A stretch of DNA of 62,874 nucleotides, counting the filler, from Atractiella rhizophila (taxonomy: Eukaryota): NCBI GenBank assembly GCA_021432655.1. It is 17 parts of 17 records of this genome, joined end to end, with 100 filler letters (N's around TTAATTAATTAA, not from the genome) between each part and the next. Parts side by side here need not be neighbours in the genome. Positions count along the whole stretch, not along the records: positions 1 to 3,690 come from MU272513.1; positions 3,791 to 7,452 come from MU272514.1; positions 7,553 to 11,214 come from MU272515.1; positions 11,315 to 14,973 come from MU272516.1; 13 more parts are not named here. One strand, written 5' to 3'. The notes below the pieces were generated by a model, which saw nothing but the letters and a program-made list of their open reading frames with translations, ran no database searches and was not told where the DNA came from. Shown one piece after another: positions 1-13,398 of this stretch; positions within the stretch are counted from its first letter, which is position 1; each line of letters opens with the position of its first letter. A program made the translations under genes and the position numbers.

Positions 1-309
1 ACTGAATGAACTGGTGTCCCAAACTCGCCATAATAGCAGCTGGCCTCCTTTCGATCGTTCTCATATGTTCTGAGCCAACGAAACTTGATTGAGGGTGCGG
101 CAATGTCGAAACTTTCGGTGGTTTTCGAACTCGACGCAAAGGCCAAGGTACTTTGAACTGCAATAACTCAATCAAACGACGGGTCGCCCGCATGATGCCT
201 TACCTGTGACGGTAGTCTTTAATTTTTTCACCAGCTTCCCATCCTCTTTGGTTTCTTGGACTTCTTCGCGCATTCGTTTCCTAGTTTTCTCAATGGATCT
301 TTCAGTCAT
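1..309 (-). CDS. 5' part of a spliced gene, possibly polynucleotide kinase 3'-phosphatase (runs off the window start)
   Basis: ATG at 309, MTERSIEKTRKRMREE...TTVT, GTAAGG..TTGCAG intron, then QSTLAF...IKFRWLRTYENDRKEASCYYGEFGTPVHS. Resembles the segment before the AAFDLDGT motif of fungal PNK3P, but that motif is outside the window. Confidence 0.35.
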
Positions 310-1598
310 GTCAGCACAACGAGTCGAGTCAAGATATTTAACCACGTGACTCTTAGGCTGAAGACGGCACCTTAACTTACTTTGTCACCTTTAAAATGCG
401 GCTTTTTTTGGTTGGAAAATTTTCTTTTCATCGAAAGTTATCTGTCTAACGATATTAGAGGTGCTTCCTTTATGTGGACGTTCCTTGAAGATTAGACATA
501 GAGCACCAATCGCTTCCCCAAGAGGATATCGACTTTATCGTGTCGATGCTGTTCCCCCGTAGGAGCGAGACATTCTTTCATGGCTGTCAATTCTTTCATG
601 GCTGTCAATGGTTTGAGAGCAGAATGCTGCAGCGCTGAATATCGGCGATTTTGGAGGATGAAAGAGAGTTTGATCGGTGAGGGAACACTTGTTGTATGGG
701 GTGAAATGCTGGGGACCGCGGAAGGCACGGATGCAGGGAAGGATATTTGTGCAAGAAATTTGCCGAAATTATCACAAACGGTGTATCAAATCAACATACC
801 AGGTCTGAGGGCAATCTCACCCTGAAAGCTATCGGTTGAATTTTGTGTACATGATTGTCGTGACAATCCATGAATGAAATTACCCTGCAAAGCGTTGGCA
901 GCTGCTTCCTGTCTCTTCCTTCTTCCGTCCTCCTTTTGCGGGACTCGTGTTCAACCTTGCATTTGTCGAACCATTCGAAAGAGCGCATAAATAGAATTGT
1001 CGCAGTTACAAACAGTGGGCAAAGATCAACGTGTCTGCACTATGGTCACCTTCCCTTTGTGGAATCCACTCAGATCGAAACATGAGCTGAAGTCAGAATC
1101 TTCGAGATTAGAAGTCTCGATATCTGCTTGTCCTCCTGCACTGAAAACAACATAAAGAGCTAAATGGTAAGCTTTGCACTACTATCTCCTATTCCGAAGG
1201 CTAACGCAGCTGCATGGCCATTGCGCAACTCACAGTACACATCAAACCCAGAAGAAATAGTTGCCAACGTCAAAACGCATTGTAATAATTACCTCCTGGA
1301 TGACGCTTGGAACGTCAAGTTATGTTGACGCAATGATTTGTGAAGGTTGGAAGTGTGAGAATGTGCTAGCATGAAATTGAGATATGCTGTGAGAACGAGA
1401 ACAAGCAGAGCAGAAGAAGATAAATGATCGGCAGCTTGCCCCCTAAGGTGTTCCTGTGGCTTTTGTTGTGTTGACTGATTGAGTTGCTGCTATTCTGATA
1501 AGCGTTTCTAGAGCAAGGGAAGAACTGAGAAGGCTTATCTTACCCAACGAATCGAAGGACGCCGTTACATCTGTGGCTGTGGCTTTCCTGGTAACACG

Positions 1599-3690
<2,092 letters not shown>

Positions 3691-3790
3691 NNNNNNNNNN
3701 NNNNNNNNNNNNNNNNNNNNNNNNNNNNNNNNNNTTAATTAATTAANNNNNNNNNNNNNNNNNNNNNNNNNNNNNNNNNNNNNNNNNNNN
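3691..3790. other. Artificial contig linker N44-TTAATTAATTAA-N44 (first of 16; others start at 7453, 11215, 14974, 18714, 22453, 26190, 29918, 33618, 37312, 41002, 44681, 48344, 51994, 55637, 59269)
   Basis: Identical 100-bp blocks with stops in all six frames. The internal contigs shrink from 3662 to 3532 bp. Confidence 0.99.
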
Positions 3791-3990
3791 CTCAGACCCC
3801 TCTACACGAGGTGTCGATAACCTATCGACATGGACCACTTTCAACAAAATTGCTCCCCTCAGACCCCTCTACACGAGGTGTCGATAACCTATCGACATGG
3901 ACCACTTTCAACAAAATTGCACCCCTCAGACCCCTCTATACCTGGTGTCGATAACCCATCGATCTGGCACAGTTTTGCCAAAATTGCACT
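3791..3990. repeat. 67-bp tandem repeat with an internal hairpin, truncated at the contig edge
   Basis: Units start at 3791, 3858 and 3925. Each has TGTCGATA-ACC-TATCGACA; the third is degenerate. Mirror copy at about 33427-33617. Confidence 0.9.
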
Positions 3991-4279
3991 TATCGTTAAT
4001 AACGTACAGAGAACACATTTCTAAACTGTTATAAATTAATTTTGCAACTTTGAATGTACTTTGTTTAATTGGACATATATGCCAAATATGAACCAGCGCT
4101 ATCCAATGAAGGAAGGATTTCAATAGATAAGTGTTTTAAGATGTGTCTTAGAGAAGACGTTGCCTGTGAGTGTTTATACGTACATGACATTTTGACTGGA
4201 TTGTTATTCCTATCTATGGCAGGGTTCTATCCTGGTTGACTAAGAGCCAACAGTTTCGTACTGATGCTGTTTTTATTGG

Positions 4280-4800
4280 GGCAGGGTTGCACCTTGGTGC
4301 CTAGGAGGCAAGGATATAGCCAGGATCCTGTTCCTGGCAGAGGCAGGGTTGGAACCTGAGCAGCATGAAGGGACAAGGATATAGCTAGGATCCTGTTTGT
4401 GACACAGGCAGGCTTATACCCTAGGCAGCGAGGAGGCAAGGATGTAGGTGGGATCCTGTTCCCGACAGCATCACAGTCGTACCCTGGGTGCCTAAGAGGT
4501 AAGGATGTAGCCAGGATTTTATTCCTGACAGAGGCAGGGTTGTACCCTGGGCTGCCAGGAGGCAAGGATTTAGCCTGGATCTCATTCCTGAAAGAGGCAG
4601 GGTTGTACCCTAGGCAGCGAGGAGGCAAGGATGTAGGCGGGATCCTGTTCCCGACAGCATCAGTGTCGTACCCTGGGTGCCTAAGAGGCAAGGATGTAGC
4701 CAGGATCTTGTTCTTGACAGAGGTAGTGTTGTACCCTGGGCAGCCAGGAGGCAAGGATTCAGCCTAGGTCTCATTCCTGAAAGAGGCAGGGTTGAACCCT
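4280..4800. repeat. 63-bp minisatellite with a 189-bp (3x63) higher-order period
   Basis: GATGTAGG(T/C)GGGATCCTGTTCCCGACAGCA recurs at 4441 and 4630. The translated track shows 21-aa units in an A-B-C-A-B-C order. Confidence 0.9.
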
Positions 4801-5016
4801 AAAGTACTGTTATTAGTTATTTTGCGCGACAGGGGGTGGGTCACAGTCAGCTGCTCACCCGAAGTGGTAATTTCGCACCTGGAGGGCATTTCGCAAGTTG
4901 TGGCCCATTGCTGATCCAAAATGTAAATTTCGTTACTGCAGTTGAACTTAGCAGGTTACGGCCTGTTGCTGATCTGACCTTGCTATTTTGCTACTGGAGG
5001 TACACTTCGCAGGTTG

Positions 5017-5530
5017 CAGCCAGCCAGCCACCCGAAGTGGCCATTTCCCGACTGGAGGGTTTACTGTCTCACGAGTGTGCTCTCTCGCATTTGCAGTCTC
5101 GCGTTTGCAGTCTCGCGTTTACAGTCTCGCGAGTTTGTTGCAGTCTCGCGAGTTTGCATTCTCACTGGTTTGCTCTCTCGCGTTTGCTGTCATGTGAGTT
5201 TGCATTCTCACGGGTTTGCCATCTCGCTAGTTTGCTCTCTTGTGTTTGCAGTCTCGCAAGTTTGCTATCTTGCGAGTTTGTTGCTCTCTCACGAGTTAGC
5301 TGTCTCATGAGTTTGTTGCTGTCTCACGAGTTTGCAACCTAGTGTTTGGGTTCACCTCACAAGTTCGCTGTCTCGCGCATCTACTCTCTTGCAAGCCTGC
5401 TCCCTCACAACTACAGGGGCACTTCGCACATTGCAAGCTATCGCTGAACCAAACTTGACCTTTTGCGACTGGAAGGCACGTCGCACCTTGCAGCCAGCCA
5501 GCGACCCGAAGTGCCCACTTCGCGACTGGT
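5017..5530. repeat. Degenerate ~14-18 bp TCTCGCGAGTTTGC-type array bracketed by ~40-bp direct repeats
   Basis: Many TCTC(G/A)CGAGTTTG variants at about 5065-5400. GCAGCCAGCCAGC(C/G)ACCCGAAGTG..CGACTGG occurs at about 5017 and 5490. Confidence 0.8.
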
Positions 5531-5920
5531 AGGGAACTTGCCTCCCTCGTGATGAACCTCGCATGTTTGAGCGAGTTCGCGTCGGGGCTGATCCCACCTC
5601 GCAAACCATTTTGGCCGTAGCGTCCGAGCTGACGGGACTCAATGATGTGTTCCGTCCCGTCAGTCAGAGCCTCGCGACTGGGCTGACAGGACTCACCCTG
5701 GCCCTGACCCTAACTCCGTTCCCCAGCCAACTTTGACTGACGGAACAGTTCCGTTGCGAAGGAATAGTAGTAGAGTCTAGGTGTCAAGGGGTGCTGTGAT
5801 AATATAGTTGGGAACCCAGTACATTTCCTCCCAACTTGGCATTGACCAAACTAAAATTGCAGACTGACTCCCACATCAATTTTTTTTTCTATCTTACTAA
5901 TTCTCAACACCATAGTACAA

Positions 5921-7452
5921 CTACTTTTTCTTCAAACTCTCTTTTCCGTCTTTCAAAGCCTTGACCATCCTAGCTACTATCGTGCTAACCTCAGCCTTCT
6001 GATCAGTGCCTTCCAGGAAGTTAGAGGCAAGACTTCTAATGCTTGCAATTGGAATGAAGAGCGGTTGAGAGACTTTCCAGAGCAGTGATAATATCTTCTC
6101 TCGATCCCATTTCCAATTGACATCTTTGCTGCCTAGAAGTTTAGCAGCATTTGCATTAAACATGGCTTGGGTTTGGGCAGTGTCCAGAAGGAAACATTTC
6201 GAGTGAAAGGCTTCGTCCGTCGGGCCGAACCAGGTAGAAAGCGGTGAGTGGCCTTTTTGAGGAAGAGGTGGGACACCCAAGACGGATGTGGGATCAGTAC
6301 CTCCCACAAGCATTCCAGACGACTGCCCCAACGATGTGTCGTTCTTGTTATCCCAGGTCCGCAGGTAGAATGGCCCAGTCTCTCCCGTCACCTGTGGGAC
6401 AAAATCGCAGAAAAAACGATAAATGCAGAGGAGACACGACTCCAAGTCATCCAAAATCGTTTGATTGTATAAAGGAAGGATGTTATCCTCCTTGTTTATG
6501 ATTGCCTGCAAGGCACGTCGAGAAAGATAAGGGTACGTTCCCTTGAGCGAGCAATGTCAAAATATGCACTAAATGGATTGTAACATGAAATGTACTGACG
6601 GAGATCTCGATGTGAGCGTCCTCCTCGTTATCGCGTTCTGTTTCTGCTGATCGGGCTTGAGTGGATTTGGCTAAATTGATGGAAAAAATCAAAATCGTTT
6701 AACCAACCAATGGTAGGGAAGGTTTCATCTTCTTTTCCGGGTGTGAACTGGCGCATGAAAATATTCGCATAAGAAACATCACGGTGGACGAAGTCTTGAT
6801 TATTTAGAGTTTCAAGTTCTGTCGGAGTTTCTGAGTGACGGCAGTAGCAGACAAAAAGAACCCACGCCATAGAACCCCAATGAATGTATCCAAAACTTCG
6901 TCGACATTTTTCGCTGCTCCAAGAGGAAGGCCGACAGTTGAGTGGTACATTAAGACAGGAATAAGCTCTTTCATCTCAATCCTCGGCTTTTTCTTCTTGT
7001 CCCACGCTGCGTAGTTTTCGAAAATCTCGCTCGTCGAGTACCCGGGGAATGAAAGCAGAACGCGCAGAGCATGTTCTAGCCACCCCCATTCTTGCTTCTG
7101 GCCTTCAAACTCTGGCAGCTGGCCCTTCTTGACGTCCTTCCTCCAGCGATTGAACAACTCGATGTTATCCTTCACCCTTTCCAGAAGAGTTTCGTCCAGC
7201 CATACGTGCTTGATAACGCCGTACGTCCCATTGTCGGACTTGCATGCCCAAACCTGTGTTCCACTACCCGTGATAGCGTACTTTTGAAACAGCCCTTCCA
7301 CCACCACGTTGGGGGGGAATCCACCTCCCGTAACTTCGCAGCCTTTCAAGCGCCCTTTAAGATCTAATTTAAATCCTGGTGGTGGACATAGCGGACCAGG
7401 CTCCGAAAGGGAAGAAAGGGAAGAAAGGGAAGAAAGGGAAGAAAGGGAAGAA
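5921..7452 (-). pseudogene. Fungal-type protein kinase (FunK1/Pkinase_fungal), 5'-truncated, with a +1 frameshift
   Basis: ITGSGTQVWAC, VIKHVW, VGLPL, VHRDVSYANI, GWLNDFDF, (intron) GTYPYLS and QTILDDLES. An extra base in a 6-nt homopolymer after DFDF breaks the frame. The 5' end lies in a (GAAGAAAGG)n tract read as SSL repeats. Confidence 0.85.
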
Positions 7453-7552
7453 NNNNNNNNNNNNNNNNNNNNNNNNNNNNNNNNNNNNNNNNNNNNTTAA
7501 TTAATTAANNNNNNNNNNNNNNNNNNNNNNNNNNNNNNNNNNNNNNNNNNNN

Positions 7553-7933
7553 TCTGCGACACCTTCATTTCCTCAACATCCTTCGTCAGGGACTTCACAT
7601 GTGCCAATAGTTCAGAGAATAAATCCCATTGCCTATCAGCATCTAGCAAGGTAGACTGCTCCCTTCCCATCTCCACAAGCTCCAGCTCCTCACCACTCGT
7701 TGCGGCCTTCCTCTTCTGGGTTTTCGCTTTCTTTCGAGGGGACGCACCAATCAGCGATGGGAGGGCGCGTGCTCCTCTCCCTGATTCCCATCACGAACAC
7801 TTCCACCCGCTACACTCGAAGATCACGAACCGACACCCTCCATAATCCCAAACACTCCTTCGCCACCGCCACCGCCGCCAGCGCTTTGTAAGTTAGATAA
7901 GGATATCGGCTGAGCGCCACCACTCGCCGCCAT
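7553..7933 (-). pseudogene. Degenerate coding fragment of unknown family
   Basis: MAASGGAQPISLSNLQSAGGGGGG... is interrupted by TGA codons and a frameshift, then resumes as EELELVEMGREQSTLLDADRQWDLFSELLAHVKSLTKDVEEMKVSQ up to the gap. Confidence 0.3.
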
Positions 7934-7989
7934 GATGAATTATAGAAGGATAAGATAGTGAGTAAAAGTTAAAATGTCAAGAAGGCTGC

Positions 7990-8200
7990 ATCATCTGTTC
8001 CTATGAACAAATTGATTAATATCACCGACAATCACACATAAAGCAAATGCCGCCGTAATACGATGTGTCCACTCGGCTACAACGGACGGAACGGCACTCC
8101 GAGTCGTCCCGTAGCGTACCGTACCAGAGAGCTCAAAGCAAGTCCGGACGGGTACGAGTACACGTATCGTACCCGTACGTCCTGGCCGGTACGACACAGG
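7990..8200. mobile_element. Dispersed repeat, subterminal region of a hAT-like DNA transposon (copy lacking the TIR)
   Basis: Homologous to 48444-48674 and rich in CGTAC/CCGTAC motifs. Confidence 0.65.
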
Positions 8201-8553
8201 ACACGTGGACGGGTCTACTACATTCCTCATTCCTCGTTCCTCCTGTTGACGATCTCATCGTTTTTGTTTCACTTCTCTTCGTCGAGCCTTAATGGTTCAA
8301 GCTCTGGATGATGCAATGGAGGCATGATTGGATCTCATTTCACTTTCGTGTCTTCTCATCGTATTGATGGCGGGATGCAGTCGGCCGTCTTATCTCCGAC
8401 AACAGTGCAGCAGGATCCAGATCGTCCAGACCTGAAGGTTCTGATCCATCTCATCGAGCGAGGCTGGAGGAAGAAGACTTTGGTGCACCTCTCCGTTCTG
8501 CCCTCAGTCCTAACCGCCTGTCTCCGTCAATCCACACGCTGCAATTTACTTTT

Positions 8554-10089
8554 GTGCTCCGTTCTACATTCCAGCATATAAGTGTCACGTCGCATCTGTC
8601 GTGTTTCTCAATTGAATGCCTTGAAACTACGGTGGAAAACGAAGGTGTAGTGCCTCTTTACCTTATCTACGACGAAAGGGAAAATATTGTGGTCGCCGCT
8701 CGGGCAGACAGTGTGGACGATATGCTTTTGAAGCAGTCCTTCACTGGCGTGCTCACTAGCGTGTGGCCTCTCCCTCCAGGTGATCGTTCTCAAGGCATCT
8801 TCGCTCCAGTTACCATGTTCTCCGAAGACACGTTAACCTATGTCCCTATCAGTGAAGATGAATTGACATCCCTTTCTTCCCTCAATCAGAGCGAAGGAGT
8901 CACGATCCAACTCTCGCTCCCTCTTGCTTCAGAATGCTTTATCTCACGCTTACCTATCGAGATTCTCTCTCATATCTTTGATTTTCTCGGACCTCGACCC
9001 CACGAAGGCCAATACAGCCTAGATTCCATCCCAACCCGTCGACGCGACGCATTCATTGACCGACCCCTATTCAGCCGCAACGATTTGACGGAAGTCTGCC
9101 ACCTCTGGGAGGCTCTTTCAGTTGCTTATCAGCAGGAACCTATTTTCGCATGGGATATGCATGACATCTTGAAATTCTATCCTGGAGCTGGACGCCTATG
9201 GAGCAGAGTGATGTTTGATGAAGATATCAGTGCTGGAGCAGTGAAAGAGGTTATTGAGGGCTCGCCAAATGTCACTGAAGTGTGGGTGGACGCACTGTGG
9301 AATGAAGAGGAGGCGAGTATCGTCCTGAGATTAATTGAACGCTTGAAGGCAGTGGAGGCAGTAGTTTTTGGAGAGGGTAGTAGGAAGTGGAGGAAGGAGG
9401 AAGTGGAGAGCTTTATGTGGAGGATGAGTGGGAGGATCAAAAAACTCTTCGTTGAAGGAGTGGAGGACTCTTCAACCCCGTCTTCGGTATCGTCATCAGG
9501 GGGTCTGCACTTACCTACTGGCTTCACATCTCTGGTCCTATTTTCCTACCCACCTCTCCCATTACTATCCCTCCCAGGCACCCTCCTAATGCTACTTCTC
9601 TGCTGTCTGCTCCCTGCTGGCTTTTCAAGCTATCCTCTGCCGCCTCTTCTGCAACGTCTCACAATCGGCCTCAGTGGGAAGACTTCAATCCTGACCGACC
9701 CGCTGGACCTATCACACCTCAAACAGCTCACATACCTGCGTCTGGATGGTGGGGATGAAAATTCAAACCTTGTTTCCAGCCAGTTTTTCAACACTCTGAA
9801 AAATGCAATGGACTTGCGGGAGGTTACGGTTTGGTACTGTGTAGTGGACCAGTTCCATTTCCTAGAGTTCATCACATGGTTCTTTGGTCGGCTGAAAAAA
9901 GGCCAGTGGTGGGATTTGGATGTTTGTTTGTTCTTTGGACAGTGGCTGGATGAGGATATTACAATTGCCACAACAAGGATGAGAGAGTGTGTTAGTGAGT
10001 GTAGCTTGAGGGAGGACATTACATATAATAGGCTTCGGGCATGGGTGGGAGAGGAGGACATGAGGCGGTTGGAAGATTGTTATGAATAG
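8554..10089 (+). CDS. F-box protein with a degenerate LRR/RNI-like C-terminus (start uncertain)
   Basis: 511-aa ORF. FISRLPIEILSHIFDFL...LTEVCHLWEAL is the F-box; LPPLLQRLTI and LSHLKQLTYLRLDG are LRR-like. Confidence 0.8.
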   Translation: MLRSTFQHISVTSHLSCFSIECLETTVENEGVVPLYLIYDERENIVVAARADSVDDMLLKQSFTGVLTSVWPLPPGDRSQGIFAPVTMFSEDTLTYVPISEDELTSLSSLNQSEGVTIQLSLPLASECFISRLPIEILSHIFDFLGPRPHEGQYSLDSIPTRRRDAFIDRPLFSRNDLTEVCHLWEALSVAYQQEPIFAWDMHDILKFYPGAGRLWSRVMFDEDISAGAVKEVIEGSPNVTEVWVDALWNEEEASIVLRLIERLKAVEAVVFGEGSRKWRKEEVESFMWRMSGRIKKLFVEGVEDSSTPSSVSSSGGLHLPTGFTSLVLFSYPPLPLLSLPGTLLMLLLCCLLPAGFSSYPLPPLLQRLTIGLSGKTSILTDPLDLSHLKQLTYLRLDGGDENSNLVSSQFFNTLKNAMDLREVTVWYCVVDQFHFLEFITWFFGRLKKGQWWDLDVCLFFGQWLDEDITIATTRMRECVSECSLREDITYNRLRAWVGEEDMRRLEDCYE

Positions 10090-11314
10090 AGGCCAGACCA
10101 ACATCGACACAGGAGGGCAGAACCAATCGAGTCCAACAAATTGGGATTCCAAAGCAACCAAAGATGAGACACTCATAGTGTAACTTCTTCCTTTTTGATA
10201 TGTTCCTCTCATACACTTCCAACAGCAAATCTATTCCTCTAAGATTCATCAGTTCTTGGTGTAAGTCATAAAACACACTTTTGAGCCCTCATACCTCCCT
10301 TACCAGGCACCTTGAAATGAAAGGAAGTACAACATCTTACTGCATATGTTTGCTCCTTTCTGAAAGTGTAAGGAAATTTTATTTTAAAGTCATGAAAAAA
10401 AAGTATTCCCTCTGGATTTGAACCAGTGAACATAGTAGCCCTGCAAAATTTCATTGCCGGAAGCAATGTACTCTGTTTCATGCTCCTTTACTCCATGAAC
10501 AATCTTTCTGCTGGGTCATACAGACTCCTGAATTTCTACTTTTCCCAACCATATTAAAAGCCCTTTGACTTCTACAAGTTCTCTCATTGCTGCTTGTTTA
10601 CAGTGCTCATGAAGTTAGCAGACAAACCATGTTTGTTTTCCAATTATTGCTGGATTGGCAGGGGATTATTTATTTTACCCGCTATCGCTATCAACATCAA
10701 AAAGTACTTCTCACTGTCTTGCAGGATCCTAATTGACACATGAGTCTTGATAAGGCAATGACACTTGCACAGAGCATGACCTTGAAGGGTTGGATGATAT
10801 AAGGTGTTTCTATTCCTGATGAATTGGAACTGACTTTGAAGGCACAAATGAGGGTGGAATAATGACATTGTTTTCTATCTGTGTACTGTTCTCCATCAAA
10901 ACAGCTTGAAGCTTGATGAAAACATCCCATACTGTGCTCCAAGTTATGACCAGATCTTCAGAAGAGAATTGAGCACATGTGCATGGTATCGTTCTTTAAA
11001 GGAGGCAGGATAGAGGTAGAAGCATTGATGATCTGGAGGACATATTTCGGCTTGAACTGCATCGACAATATTTCTGGGTACTTGAAGCTATAACCCCAGG
11101 AGAAGTCAGTTTACTATAGACTATAATGAGACACACAGTTAGATCAAGACCGCCAAATCGATCAGCATGATCATATATTGTATTTGGAGCATGACCTTGT
11201 GGTAAAGCCTTATGNNNNNNNNNNNNNNNNNNNNNNNNNNNNNNNNNNNNNNNNNNNNTTAATTAATTAANNNNNNNNNNNNNNNNNNNNNNNNNNNNNN
11301 NNNNNNNNNNNNNN

Positions 11315-11539
11315 AGAGAGATGCAGTCTTACCAATCCGACGCGTCCTCAGCCGCTATTCCTTCTCCAGGTGCAGGAGCTGAAGACACGATTGCGCTCTT
11401 AAATGCCTCTCCCGTCCAATCGGAGGAGACACCATACCTCAATTCGTCGCCAGACTCGGTGCAGTATGTTGGATTTGGAGATGAGTATTTTGCTAGGAAT
11501 GAAGAGAACCAGTCAAAAGGTAATGTGGTCGATTCGTGA
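11315..11539 (+). CDS. Probable C-terminal fragment of an unknown gene
   Basis: Frame is open from the contig start to TGA at 11539 (…FARNEENQSKGNVVDS*). Confidence 0.4.
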   Translation, partial: REMQSYQSDASSAAIPSPGAGAEDTIALLNASPVQSEETPYLNSSPDSVQYVGFGDEYFARNEENQSKGNVVDS

Positions 11540-11944
11540 TTTTTGACTTTTTTCAGTGTATAGTTGTTTTGGCATTCACGTTTATTCTTTGCTTTCATTA
11601 CATCTGTGAACAGTTGACGGCTCTATCATTCGTATGGACTGCTGTAAATATTTCAAGGACTAATATTATTGCTCATGCGGTAACACATTTTAGCATGCCA
11701 AAGTAGGCCGTCCGTGGAGCACTATGTGAAAAGACCCACCCCAGTGAGCGTCGTATTTACAAATAAGAGTTTACAAATAAGAGGGTCTCTACCTTCCCGT
11801 GTTCATCTTGACGACAAATCACACTGAGGTCAGTATGGAGCCGAGATGTTGAACAATGTGACATCATGTTAACAAGAGTGGCTCGTATTAAGATCCATTA
11901 GCGACGTGCGATAAATTATTCCAGGTGTGCAATATCTATCCTTT
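11390..11944. repeat. ~550-bp direct repeat, copy 1
   Basis: Aligns by eye with 13909-14447 from ATTG(C/T)GCTCTTAAATG through GCGATAAATTATTCCAGGT..TATCTAT, with scattered substitutions and indels. Confidence 0.9.
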
Positions 11945-12486
11945 CTTAAGCAAATGTTGAACCAAACCGTTCCATTCGGTTGGTTTGCGGACGAGCGGTC
12001 ACGAAATAATCTACTTTCGTCGCATTTGTGAGATGCTCGGTTGGCTCTGCTCTAGATGGTGAACGACCATTAGAGCAGGAGAGGAGGAAGTGGACTATAT
12101 ATATGTGGAATCGGGGCGAAGTGGGGGAAAGCACGAAGACAACGGTGGGCGGTGCGGTGAGTGCCACGCTCCCACTCTCAAAGCATTCTATGCATTGCTG
12201 TTCTTCTTCAGCAGCATACACAACACATCTATGTTTTTTACAACTTACAACTGTCCTCTGAGCCAAAATATGTCTCAGCATGACCGTTACAACCAGCAAT
12301 AATTGTGCGGCGCGTAAATTGGAAACAATGTTAACATGGAGAAGCTTATTTGACTTCGTTCCCTTCATTACACAATTTAGCGCCAGCTGGAGTTTTACTC
12401 AGAGCCTCAGGCATTGTTTGCGGAAACAACTTTGCACTTTGATTGTTTGAAGAGTACGTCTATCTTAATGTTCCGACTACTGGATT

Positions 12487-13398
12487 TCACTTTTTATGTG
12501 CCGTGTTCTCCCAATCTCTGTAAAGTTTCCACATAGCAACTTCCGACTGCTTCGTGTTTGCCATGTGCTTCTTGGCCCAAGGGGTTTCAAGTACAGCCTT
12601 CCATTGTTCAGATTCGACAACATCAGGACCAAGTTGATCGTATTCTAAACATTTGCTTTAACCAAGTGATTGCTCAAGGTGGAAATCACGCACCATAAAG
12701 GGCCAGAAACTGAGGCGCTTTGCCCACTTCATCTTCTTTTCCGGATTGATGAAGCTTAGAGTCAGTGACTTTGAACCTCATGCCACGTCTGAACGTTTCA
12801 AACTGTCACCATTACAAATGGCAGTAAGGGAAAAGGAACCAACCTAAAATGAGGGATTTTAGAAATCATCGATAGATGTTCTTCCCTATACCACTTCTCT
12901 AGATCCTCTTCTTCTCCTCCCGGCGTTAGAGCGACCGATACGAGGAAAGGTGGAGCGCCTTTCGTCTCGCGGACACTTCCGGTGTCTTGAAGCTTCTGGC
13001 CCCCTCTCCTGATATCAACTATCGTATACTTCTTGAGGAGCTCTTTTTCGCGCTGGGAAGCGGAAGTGAGGACTGAAAGCAATCTCGGATCTTCAAAGAA
13101 GGAGACGCTGGAGATCTCGTAGACGATCAGCCACTGGGCTGGAGGATCAGACCCCAGCGAATGAAAGAGGGTGCAGGTGAGAAATTCGGGCAGGTTACTG
13201 TTTTGCATTGGCCGAGGAAGCTGGAAGGAAGAGGAAGACAAACTTGTCCATTCTCTTGGGTACATGCTCATTAGCAAACCAATCTGCAAAGAAGTGTCAA
13301 CATTAATCGACTGCGTTTCACAAGACCATACCATGAAATTCTGCTGGTTTTACTTTGTCACTAGGCTCACAGAGCACGTAAATGAGGCCGCCTTCCAT
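12487..13398 (-). CDS. EthD-like tandem dimeric alpha+beta barrel protein, multi-exon
   Basis: Spliced: MEGGLIYVLCEP..EFHDWFANEHVPKRM..WLIVYEI..; second half EDLEKWYREEHLSMISKIPHF..PQFLALY-EYD..ETPWAKK..HKK*. The WxxxEH motif occurs twice. Confidence 0.75.

Noticed and set aside
3735..3746. TTAATTAATTAA recurring every ~3.7 kb as a biological periodic repeat
   Set aside because: It is always centred in 44+44 Ns between size-sorted contigs, so it is an assembly spacer. ORFs ending in X..N or LIN are artefacts.
3791..4800. CRISPR-like arrays of palindromic repeats
   Set aside because: The sequence between dyads is itself repeated (no unique spacers), there are no cas genes, and the context is eukaryotic.
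4836..5642. Cys/Ser-rich ORFs (168, 98, 99 and 96 aa) and their mirrors at 31775-32581
   Set aside because: They are translations of the TCTCGCGAG array with non-ATG starts and no protein motif.
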